Shown: one piece after another, positions 25,361 to 36,662 of the stretch
Numbering within the stretch: position 1 is the first letter of the stretch
Layout: the number at the start of each line of letters is the position of its first letter
Origin: Phaeosaccion multiseriatum
Taxonomy: Eukaryota; Protista; Ochrophyta, other classes
Direction of reading: 5' to 3'
Length of the DNA stretch: 64,000 nt
Assembly (NCBI GenBank): GCA_965112735.1
Contig: OZ218957.1
Coordinates: forward strand, 2,914,001-2,978,000
Made by a program: the position numbers and the translations under genes
The notes under the pieces: model-generated
What the model saw: only the letters and a program-made list of their open reading frames with translations
What the model was told of the DNA's origin: nothing
Databases searched by the model: none

Positions 25361-25810
25361 GGGCTTTTGGTACACAGCACGGCACACCTCTCTCACACAC
25401 ACACACCTGTCGGCTTGCTCCGCAATCGTCATGGGCAAGCCTTGCAGCAGCCAAGCAGCACAGGGAGACGGAAAAAATTCTTCCTTTTCCTCTCCCCTGA
25501 AACTGCATTCTCATGTTTTCCCGCCAAGACCCCCCCCCCCCTGCAACAAGGTAAGGGCAGACTGTCTGGGACGCTTTATACATCGCCATCACCATCATTA
25601 CCCACAACAAAAGAGAAGGACGGTTGAGGATGGGAGGTATCCTACCCGTGGTAGGAAGGGGAGGGGAGATCGGGCCCGTGCATACATCTTTCCATTTGCT
25701 CGTATGCCTGTCCCCATGTTCTAGACTGTTGAGGAGGGATCACAAACACACACACAGAGCGAGAAAAAACAACAGCAACAACAACAACAACAACAACAGC
25801 AACAACAAAA

Positions 25811-26947
25811 ATGGCCACTACTTCGTGCTGCACTGGAGGTATGTGAGAGAGACATTCTACGGCTTGTGCCTTCTTCTCTTCCCTCGTCGCGTCGCTGGGA
25901 CTTGCCCGTCGGTTTTGTTTCCTCAGCTGCGCCCCGGGCCGACTCCTTTTTCCGAGATAGAGACATGCTTGACTGCGGGAGACACCTCTTCTACACACCC
26001 CACGACTCTCCTTCTTCTCGGAAGAGAGGGCTCAGGAAACCGAGGAAGTGGCATGACTGTGCCATTCCACCCTTCGGAAAAAGTAGAATGTACTACTAGA
26101 GGGGCCCCTACTAGAGCTCTGCTGTCTGCTTGCTGCTGCTGTTCACTCTTGTCGTCAGAAGAGAGGCATGGTCGACTGTGAGCCACCTCCCCCCCCTCCG
26201 CCACCCCTGTCCTCCAAACAAAAACTCACATGAACTTCAATATGACTCATCCTTTCCCGCCGCCTCCTCTCTCTCTTGCCTCCCCTTTTTCTGTGAACGA
26301 GCAGGGACCTGCGCCTGCGGATCGGGTTGCTCCTGTACCACGGCCAGCTGCTGCACCCGCACCCCCTGCACCGCCACCCCCTCCAAGGAGGCCATTGATG
26401 CGGGCACGGTAAGAGAGAGAGGGAAGGAAAGAGCAGAAGAAGGGTTGGGGCTGTTGTTGAGGTAGCTGAAGGAGACAAGGGCTGAAGGGAGGGGAGTTTC
26501 TGCCTCTGTCGGAACGCCCGATGCCCGATGGCACCAAATGCCTAGCTATGCGCCCCTTCCTTACCCTTGTATTCTGTCTCTCTTTTTTTTGTCTCCTGTC
26601 TGTCAGACCGAGTCGTGCTCCTCTACCGATTGCGCTTGCGGAGACACCTGTGCATGCGGCCCATGTAAGTCGGTGTCAAGGATGAGAAGCGAAAGAGTTC
26701 ATTGCAGCCAGTGCCTGCCCGATCACCGCTCAATCGCATTCTGACATCTCCCTCCCTCCTCCTGTTTCTTCTGTTGGGCAACCCCCCCCTTCTCTCCTAC
26801 TTCAAAGCGGCCTGCTCCCGCGGCGGAACGACTGCCAAGACCGAGGAGGCGGCGGTTTCCGGTGAATGCCCCTGGACCGACTGCACCTGCTGCACGGGTG
26901 CCTGCACGTGCGGCGCGACGTGTAAATGCGGAACCACCACCAAGTAA
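25811..26947 (+). CDS. Metallothionein-like protein copy 2 (109 aa, 23 Cys, 4 exons)
   Basis: Exons 25811-25838, 26305-26408, 26607-26664, 26808-26947 with the same intron phases as copy 1; ends ECPWTDCTCCTGACTCGATCKCGTTTK. Confidence 0.88.
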
Positions 26948-27594
26948 CGGCGACATAATGGAAGGGAAGGGATTGTGATGACGCATGTACAGTGTGAAAG
27001 GGAGTGAGAAAAGAAGAAAATAGAGTACTGTACATTAGGGAAAATATTAGGAGAGGAGGAGGAGATCACCGCAGAACCTTGCCTCTGACTTCCTTCCTTC
27101 CTTCCCCCTCCCCCGAGGATTTTGTACTAAAAATCTGAGAATGAAGCTCGAAATTTTCCCCCTTTTTAGAGACGGTTACTGCCGTGCACAAGAGAGGCTT
27201 GCACGCCCCCCCCACACAGGAAGGACATGACTTCACCCCAAGGAGGCAATACGTGGCAACACAACGGGGTATCACTTGACTGCTCCTTCCGACCATCCAC
27301 ACTTCCCTACTGTCCCCTGAAACTGAAACTGTAAGTATTTTCCCGCCAGGCAGGAACCAGCACATCTGATGACAATAGAGACTGCGACGCTTTACAGACC
27401 CGTCTCCTCCACCCCCCGGACCCTTTTTTCCCCTATATTCACTGTTACTATTTCCAAAAAGGGGGAGGTTGGGTTCGATGCGTAGGTCCATCTAGTGCAT
27501 ACTTTTCTTCCATATGCTTTCTCGAGGTCCCTTCCACCACACCATACCTTCAACGCTTCGAGAAGGAAGAGAAAGGAAGAACGAGGAAAACACC

Positions 27595-28653
27595 ATGGCG
27601 ACTACTTCTTCGTGCTGCTCTGGAGGTGTGTGAGAGTGCACTTGGCCGTGGTCCGTTTTGTTTCGGTTTTTGTTGCTTGTTTGTTGCTGTTGTTGCTGTT
27701 TTGCTATAGCTCCGCAGCCCTCTTTACAGGCATGGCTGTCTGCGGGAGCCACCTCCCCCCCCCCCCTTCTGTCTCTCCTCGGAAGGGTCTTATCGTAAGA
27801 GAGGTCTCGTCGCAGCTCAGGAAATGTCATCCCCCCAATCACTTAACTCTCTGGGGACCCCAAACTAACGCGGCTCCTGCTCGCCCTGTCCCGGCTGCTG
27901 TCTCTGGTACCTCCCCCTCTCTATTGGACGAGAAGGTACCTGCTCCTGCGGACCGGGTTGCGCCTGTACCTCGACGAGCTGCTGCACCCCCTCGAAGGAG
28001 GCTATCGATGCCGTGAAGGTAAGGCTGTAGCTTGAAAGAGAGAAGGGGAGGGGTCCCTCCTATGTACTCACTGTTGTGTCTCCCTCCCTGCCACTCCCTG
28101 TCCTCGTCTGTGTTGCCTTCTCTCGCTCGTTTGTGTTTTTCTTTTCTCTTCTCTTCTCTCCTAATCCCTGCCATCCTCTCTTCCGTGTTGTTTCCTCTCT
28201 GCTGGTCTGTCTCTGTGTCTGTGTTGCTCTCTGTCGAGCAGGCCACGTCCTGCCCCTGGACCGACTGCCCTTGCGGAGGCACCTGCGGATGCGGCTCAAG
28301 TAAGGCGAGGCGGTCCTGAGAGAGAGAGACAGAAAAGAGGAGCTCACGATGACCACCCCTTCACAGCAAACACGCTCAATCTCAATCCTGACACCCCCCT
28401 CCTCCTCCCCCTCCTACTACTGCCCCTCCTTCCCCCCCCTCCTTGCTCTGTCTTGTCGCCCACCACCCCCCAACCAGCCTGCTCCTGCGGCGGAAAGACT
28501 GCCAAGACCGACGAGCAGTGGACCGCCCTGGCGAAGGAGGGCACGGCGGAGAGGGACAACTCCGGTGAATGCCCGTGGGCCGACTGCACCTGCTGTAAGG
28601 AGGGCGTCTGCAAGTGCGGCTCGGCGTGCAAGTGCGGCACCACCCCCAAGTAG
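27595..28653 (+). CDS. Metallothionein-like protein copy 3 (115 aa, 23 Cys, 4 exons)
   Basis: Exons 27595-27625, 27936-28018, 28242-28299, 28478-28653: MATTSSCCSGGTCSCGPGCACTSTSCCTPSKEAIDAVKATSCPWTDCPCGGTCGCGSTCSCGGKTAKTDEQWTALAKEGTAERDNSGECPWADCTCCKEGVCKCGSACKCGTTPK. Confidence 0.88.
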
Positions 28654-30248
28654 TACGAGTGGCATGGCGGCGCCACCACAACGACACCACAACGACGCCA
28701 CCACAACGACAAGCAATGGCAACAGTGTGGTGTGGTGTGGTGTGTGGTGATAGTGTGTATGTGTGTGTTCCATGGCAAGCGGGAGCGAGACACCAGTCAT
28801 GTCCAAAGAGGTGCGCTGAGGAGTTCCTCCTGTACATTAGGACTGGGCTCGGCTCTCTGTCTGGGTGTGTGTCTCTCTCCCTCTTTTTAGCTGTGTGAGT
28901 CAAAGGACCGAGACGGAGGAGGAGGAGAGAAGACTCTAGCTCGGGCTGTGGGTGAGGAATTATTATGGCAAACGAGCGTGTAGTGAGGTAGGTGAAATGG
29001 AAGCATATGAGCCAGGTGGCATCGGGAGAGAAAGAAGAGTATTGGGAGGCAGGAGGGCGGGAGGCGCTGAGGAGGCTGGAAGGAGACATGGATGCCTCCA
29101 TATGCCTCCACTTATGATATTTTGGGGGGTGGAGAGGGGAGACAGGCATGTAATCCTTCTTGCGTTGTTGTAGGGGAGGCAGGCACTTACCATAAAAGAG
29201 TCTCTCTTTTGGGCTTTGGTGCTCGCTCCCTCCTGACACATGACATGGATTTGTACTCTAAGCTGAGAATGAAGCTCAGAAATCAGGTATCAATAATAAA
29301 TTCAATCTAGACATCGATATCCCATCAGTGCTCAGTCCACCCACGACTTTCCCACGATGCGTCGGTCGACGGCCCCCATCCTCCCCTCTTCGCCCCTCCA
29401 TTCCCGCTGCACTCGAGTGATGTGGGGTGTGTGGCCGTGGTAAATGGCAGCAGATGGATACCTTGGGCGGGAAGGAGTGTGCTTGCCTCTCTGCACAGCA
29501 CAGCAGAGGCTTGCACGCCCCTCCCCTCCCCACAGCCTCGGCCACTTGTAAGACACAGCATGACTTCCACCCCCCAAAAGTGCATGACTTTGCCCACATG
29601 GCATGGCATGAGTTGCCCCAAGTCGACAGGTCGGTCGGACCGAAGGCCCGCCTGACTCACTCACTCACGGTCTCGCACACCCAAGAGCCAGGAGAGGGAG
29701 ACTCGCACCTGTAGAAGCCCGTGTGTGTGTGTGTGTGTGTGTGTGTGGAGAGCGGTGTCTGGCAATACTGCCCCCCCCCCCCCCCCCATAGCCCCCCGGT
29801 GCCATTCCTCCGTCGTGACTTCCGTGTGTATGGCTCATGGGCTTCACTCGGCAGTGCGATGCGAATGCAATCGCTGACTGCCACACCTCGCGGGGAGAGC
29901 CTCCTCCCTCCCCCCTCGTCACTGCACTCGACAAAAGCGAATCTCTCAACGGCAAGTGACAAGTGCTCAACTGTCCCTGGCCGGTGATGCTGCATGTACA
30001 GCAGGCAGAATGGCACCAGGTCACGGAGGCTACTCCACCCACGCCGCCGCCGCCCCCGAGGAGAGAGAGGCGAGACACGCTGCTGCTCGACCGACCGGGC
30101 CCAAGCCCAAGCAGCAAGCACCACCGGCATCCACGGCCCGTGCATTGCTGGGGACAGACAATCAATCGCCAGTCCCTTGCACACGCCCACTGCTTGACCG
30201 GTTGTTCATCTCCGACGGGACTCACAAATCACAAATGGCGCCTACGAC

Positions 30249-30387
30249 TCACAAAGGAGCGAGGTAGGTGGCAAGCCGCTGGAAATAGCCCAAGTCCCCC
30301 TGAGACCACCTTCCCTCGCCGGGCAGCGCCGTCCCCACAAGCAGGAGCACGGGAGGAGGGGCCTCTACAGTATTGCCCACCCTTCTA

Positions 30388-30424
<37 letters not shown>

Positions 30425-31610
30425 TGTTGTTGTTGCTGCGCACTGTTCCCATGACGACCACTCCTCCCTTACACGAGTCTGGTAGAAATCTCATCGCTGC
30501 TGCAGATACACCTGCATCAGCAGTTGGTGATACAGCAGCAGCAGCGGACGTGACCACAAGAGGAGCGCCTCCGCTAGCCTGCATGGCAGCACTGGACAGA
30601 ACATTGATGGCCGCAGAAGCAGCTGCCTTCTCCTCCTCCTCCTCCACCTCCTCCGCCTCTGATGATAAAGACGAAGACACCAGCCCAAGCCGAGCCAGCA
30701 CTTTCCCCCGGCGTAGCAGCACCACGGAGCAGGCCGGCGTGAGCTGAAGGATGACGTCAGCGGCCCAGCGGATTCTCTCCTCGCCGGCGGCGGACACGTC
30801 ACTTCGATTAGGAGTGACCCAAGCTGCCAGCCCTGCCGTCTCCTCCGCAGCGGCCATTTGCTCCGGAGAGGCAGACGCTACAGAAGCCGCTCGCTCGGCC
30901 ACCGCAATGTCAGTCTGTCGGTCAACAACTTTAGGGGCCGAGAGGGGGCGGCGAGGGAGAGGAAGAGAGAGGGACAGAGAGGGACAGATAGGACAGATGG
31001 GTTAGCCCCTGTCTGTGGAGAAGCGGCAGCGTTCTAAGTGGCCAAGCCCCCTCCAGCGAAGTCATAGACCTGGAGGGGGTGATCGAAGCGCCACGTCCAA
31101 TCCACTGCTTTTATTGAAACTGTACTCGATAAGCTCTGACGCAGTGACAACAAGTACCCCACCTGATTGGAGAATCAGCACCAGTCCCGCCGCGGCCCCC
31201 ACCGCCTCGCTAGTAAGCTGACTCGTCCCCACATCGTAGCCCGGAAACCGATTGATGACGAGGAGGGCGAAGATGAGGAGCCCCATCAGGAGTCGCAGGC
31301 GGTATCCTTCGAGGCCCGGCACGAAGAAGCCCCCTCCTCTCTCAATCGCCGCAGATGGCCGCCTGTAGTAGCTGCCGAGATTCTTGCGAGGGACACTCGA
31401 GGGAGGACCGCTAACACTCTTGCTGCTACTGCTGCTGCTGCTGCCACTGGCCATGGCAATACTGAACCCCCTCCTCGCCGTGCTCCTGTTGCCCTCGACT
31501 TTGCTTGGATTGCAAACAGAACGGGGATACGTCGGCGGCTGGAAAGCATAGCACAAGTTTTTGCCTAGCAAGACCAGCAGCCCCACCACTCGCACAAGCC
31601 GTGGCGCCAT
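30249..31610 (-). CDS. CCB2/CCB4-family cytochrome b6f heme c_i assembly factor (more CCB2-like), plastid-targeted
   Basis: Signal peptide ending CYA-F. Core FFVPGLEGYRLRLLMGLLIFALLVINRF...SQLTSEAVG resembles, from memory, CCB2 IPG..LPR..G..LLLNHF..QLRSEALG. C-terminus VLLLVG...WSQGDLGYFQRLATYL. Exons 31610-31163 and 30928-30249 are phase-compatible. Confidence 0.7.
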
Positions 31611-31763
31611 AGCAACAACGACCTTGTCGCCTTTGGGATTCATTTTGTTTGAGGTGATTTTCAGTTTCAGTTTCAGTGTCCGTTTTGCTGACTTCCTTTT
31701 CCCTCTTCAACCCTCTCCTGATCCAATCTTCCCTCCTCTCTCTCCGGCCGTCCCTGGGCTTGG

Positions 31764-33900
31764 ATGGGAATGGAGATGGGAGTGTTGCGGGTGCTGCTCG
31801 TACTTCTCTTGCCCCATGGCCTGCTTGGCTTTGTGCAGCCTCCTCCCGCAGCAGCAGCAGGAGCAAGGTGGTCTAGAGTGCCAAATCCTCTGGCCCTCTC
31901 CACATCAGCAGCAGCAGCTACAGCAGCACCCGTAGAGGAGCCTCTTTGGCTGGGTCTGGACCTCAGCACGCAGAGTCTTACTGGCGCTGTGCTGGGCGCC
32001 TCGCTGACCCCCGTGCTCATGGAGACGATCAACTTCGATAGCGACCTTCCTGAAGAGCACACTTACGGTGCCGTCAACGGCATGCTGAAGGACGGGCCCA
32101 GAGTACTTAGCCCGGTGCTGATGTGGCTTCATGCGCTTGATGCACTACTTGCACGGTGAGAAGAAGAGACCCGGCTCGAGGGAGCGAGACAGAGGCCGGT
32201 GTGAACGAGGAGGCAAGCACACAACTGACCCCGTCTTCCCCTCTTTGTGCAAACAGATTGGCAGCCTCTCCTGACTTGGACCTCTCTCAGGTGCGTTAAT
32301 AGGTCAACCGCAGCTGTCTGTGTGCGGTGAGAACTGCCTACTGACAGCCATCTACTGCGATCTACTCCCATACCCACACCCTGTCTGCCTCACTGTCGTA
32401 CTGCCCTGTGCTATTGGTCACGCCCCTGCTGCCTCGACTCTAACACGCCACGAACGGGCGCTCTCTACCACGATGACTCTGTCGTGCCTTGCCTCTTGTC
32501 TGCAGGTCCGGAGCATCTCTGTGTCGGGACAGCAGCACGGAACAGGTCAGTATTGCAGGCATTTCACGCGGGTAGGACGTAGCCTTGCACGTGGTGTTTC
32601 GAACGGGCTTGGGCCTCTGTCAACCCCAACCCCTCCTCTCTTTCTCCCTCTCCCCTCCTCCTTGGCGCTCTCTCCCTCCGCTCGCTATCTCTTTCTGTCT
32701 CCCATGGGTTGGGCCGACGCATCCCTCATGTCCCCTCCTCTTCATCCTCCTCTTCCTCCTCCTCCCTGCACGTAACCCTCAGTGTACTGGAGTCAAGGCG
32801 CGGCGGAGAGGCTTCACAAAGCCATGAGCCGAGACTCCTCCTCCTCCTCCTCCTCCTCCTCCTCCTCCATCGCCGAAGCCCTCTCCGATTGCTTCGCGTT
32901 GCTGGAGACGCCCATCTGGGCAGACAGCAGCACGGAGCCGCAGGCCGCACGGCTGGAGCAGGCCATGGGGGGTGCCGAGGCCCTAGCACAAACAACAGGA
33001 AGTCGCGCTCACTTGCGGCAGGTGAGGAGGACGAGGTGGTTGGTGGATTGGTTGTCTGCTCTACATCTGTCATCTGTTTGGTTTGGAGGAAGGGATGCTG
33101 ATAGTGTAGTGGACTGAACGTTTGAATTGCTACATCGGTACCAGTGTCGGCCATTTTCGCTCGCCGCTCCCTCCTTCTCCTCCCCTCCCTCCCTCTCACA
33201 CCCCTTTCCCTCCTTCTCATTCAGGGGGCCCCGCAGATTATGAAGATATTCGAGGAGATGCCCGAGGCCTACGCCAACTGTGAACGAATCTCTCTCGTAT
33301 GCTCCTTCCTGCCCTCCGTGCTGATGGGTCACTACTGCCCCATAGACACTTCGGATGGCAGTGGAATGAATCTCATGGACATTCGCTCCAAGCAGTGGCA
33401 CCAAGGGGCTATCAGAGCCACAGGTGGGAGGGAGGGAGGGAGGGAGGGAGGGGAGGGAGGGAGGGAGGGAGAGAGGTGAAAGAGAAGGGTGAGTGGGGGA
33501 CCTCATGCAGACTTAGCGTGGGAGCGTGCGTGCGTGTGATTGTGCTTCGTGTTTTTTTTTAGATGTGTTTGGGAGGGGCTCAGTGCACTCTCTTTGTCCA
33601 CGTATGCGATGCACAGGGGTGCCGGGACTCCTTACACGCCTTGGCGAGGAGGAGCTTGAGGAGGGAACGGGAAAAGGAGACGGAGAGGGAGAGGGGGGGT
33701 GGCGGAGAGAGGAGCAGCTGAGTGAGGGGCAGCCGAGCGGGAGGAGGAGGAGGAAGGCGAGCATCGTGGATTCACACGAAGTAGTGGGGCAGGTGTGCGG
33801 CCGGCTCGTGGAGGCTTTCGGCTTTAGGGAGGGCACCGCTGTGGTTGCGGGGAGCGGAGACAACTGCTGCTCTCTCGCCGGCCTGGGGGTCAGCATTAGC

Positions 33901-33971
<71 letters not shown>

Positions 33972-35768
33972 CAGCAGCGGCATTGGTAGTACTACAGATG
34001 GAAGCACCTCGAGTGTGGACAACGCTCTTATGGTAAGCCTGGGGACATCGGACACGCTGCTCGGAGTGAGCACAGCGCCTCGGCCCGCCACGCTGGGCAA
34101 TTGCATGTACCATCCCTGCAACCCTAAGACATGGTTCGCAATGCTCGTGTACAAAAATGGCTCACTGACGAGGTAGGTGTAGGCGTGTGGGTGTGTACCC
34201 CATCATTCTCTTTTGTCTCTTCTTCTCTCTCTCTTTGTCTCCACTCTGTCTCTACCCCCTCTCTCTCTCTCTCTCCTCCTCCTCATCTCTCTCTCCATCT
34301 CCGTCTCTCTCCTCTCCCCTCTCAATCCCCTCGTTATCACTGCCATCCATCCATTCGCTTATGTATCACTGCCATACACCAACCTCCATTGATACCTTCG
34401 CTTACGACCAGGCAACGGGTGCGTGATGCAGCGGCACAGCAGGATTGGGCCCGCTTCAGCCAGCTCATCGAAAGCCAGCCCCCAGGTCAGTAAGTCACTG
34501 ACGCCGTATATCGCTGACGGTGTCTTGAAGCACAACGTTGTTGAGCTTTACATGCAACCTTTTGGGGCAAGCCTGCGAGATGCTAATTCGTGTGTCAGCC
34601 TCGTGTCTTTCAAGCTTCTGTTTCAGTTATAGCGAAGGAATGGACTCATGCCTTGCTTGTCCCCCCCCCCCCTTTGACGCATCCATTGCCACCCACTGCC
34701 ATCCACTACCATCCACTGCTACCCCCCCTGGACGCAGGCAATGACGGCGCGATGGCTCTGCACCTGGACATGGAGGAGATCACTCCGCAGATCAATAACA
34801 AGGGCGTGTGGCGCATCGACAAAGGGGGGGAGTTGGTGATACAGCAGCAGCAGGAGGAGCAGCAGCAGCAGATCGAAGAGACAGAGACAGAGGTAGAGAC
34901 AGAGGTGGGGCGGCGTATTCGGGAGGGCGGATCTCCTCTGCCCCCAGGACAAGAGTGCCGTGCAGTGGTGGAGCAGCGCTTCCTCAGCATGAGGGGCCAT
35001 GCCGAGAGTATGGGGGTGGGCAGACCGACGAGACTCATCGCCACGGGGGGGGGCAGCAGCAACAGAGCGATGTTACAGGTGAGAGGAGACAGTGGAGGGA
35101 AGAAGGGGGAGTCACTCGGTGAGCTTCGAGTCAGCTTCGGTCTCAGTTTGAGTTTGACTTTCATGTGCGACCACCCGACAATCGATGTTTGGTCCTCGGA
35201 ATGATCGATATCGGATTTCAGCTCTCTTTGATTGGAACTGAAACTGAACCCCCCCCCCCTCCGCCCCTTCCCACGCCCACAGGTGTTGGCTGACGTGTTC
35301 GGAGCGCCCGTGTTCACGTGTGAAGAGGAGGAGGGAGGGGGGCAGTCTGCTGCCATCGGAGCTGCTCTCAGGGCTAAGCATGGCTTCCTGGCGGCAGAGG
35401 CAGGAGCAGTTGGTGATGCAGGAGGGGGAGACGTAGAGGTACTCGACTTTATGGAGGTGTACAGAGTCAGCGCCCTTGCCAGTCGGCGGCGGATACGAGG
35501 GGGGCCAGCATCCGCAGCAGCAGTTGGTGATACAGCAGCAGCAGCAGCAACAGCGCCCCTGCATGGGGTAGGGCCAGAGCGGCAGCAGCAGCAGCAGGAG
35601 GAGGAGGAGGAGGAGGAGGAGGAGGAGGAGGAGGAGGAGGAGTACAGGGCACCTGAGGAGCCTGTAGCGGTGCCGACGGAAGGCTCTTGGGAGATGTACA
35701 CGCCATTGGTTGCCATCGCCCTGGCCTTGGAGGAGGCCGCCATCAAGGGATCAGGATCAATGCACTAG
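31764..35768 (+). CDS. XYLB: Xylulose kinase (FGGY family, eukaryotic XYLB type), 9 exons
   Basis: Motifs LGLDLSTQS, SPVLMWLHALD, SVSGQQHGTVYW, PIWADSST, ERISLVCSFL, DGSGMNLMDI, SGDN, SLGTSDT, KNGSLTR, ATGGGSSN, QVLADVFGAPV. Exons 31764-32155, 32257-32290, 32506-32545, 32783-33021, 33225-33423, 33617-34172, 34412-34485, 34738-35078, 35283-35768. Confidence 0.93.
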
Positions 35769-36662
35769 CACGTAAGGTGACGCACGCACGCACGCACCTC
35801 TTTTTTTAAATTAAAATTGAAAAAGGTTACGAAACTGTATAAATTTTATATAAAAAGTAAGGAATGGCGTGAACGACAACCTCCGGGAGGGAGGCAAGAG
35901 GGATCAAGCAATTCTACTTCTTGTATCAGAGCAGGAGGTCCTTACTACGGATGCTGAGGGCCCTTCTTATGATGCCCACGGTAGCTGCTAGGTCGATTGC
36001 TCCGATACATGTATTAGACGTACAACGTCAAGCATCTCCGATACATGCACAACGTCAACACACCTCCTCTCCTTTCGTAACATAATAAAACATGTATGTC
36101 GGGTCGGGAAAACCCAGGGAAATGCCCGACATAACCCTCGCTTGGCCTTGTGCGCATGGTCCAACGCTTCCTCGTTCGGACCCCTCACCTCTCTCAAGTG
36201 GAGAGCACAGCAGCGAGAGGACTTGGGTCATATACAATACCCATGGCATCACAGCAAAACGCCAGTGCAAGGGCAGTTCGAGGGGGGATGTGGACACATG
36301 ACTCGAACAAGAGTCCCTCCACACCCGCACTGCTACGTAAGCAGGGAGGTGACGTACTTTCCATGCAACAGCACAACGACAGCCCCTCCCCCTCAACACT
36401 CCAAGAGGGAGGGAGGAAGGGAGGGGACGAGCGTTGCGCACCCCTCTGCGCCATCTCAGGCCGGCCAGTCCACCCGGGAGGGGAGGATGGCAGTGGATGG
36501 ATGAGAGGGACGAGGGAGGGAGGGATGGCAGTGGAAGAGAAGTATGACCAGTGTACAGTGTGGGGGCCTTCCACTTCCCTTCGCCTCTGCCCCTCCCTTC
36601 CCCCCTCCTCCTCGTCCTCCTCCTCCTCCTCCTTTCCCCTCACGCCCGCTCTGTCGTCTTGT

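Noticed and set aside
35999-36060. Short duplication ctccgatacatg...acaacgtcaa
   Set aside because: Two imperfect units only; ordinary local slippage.
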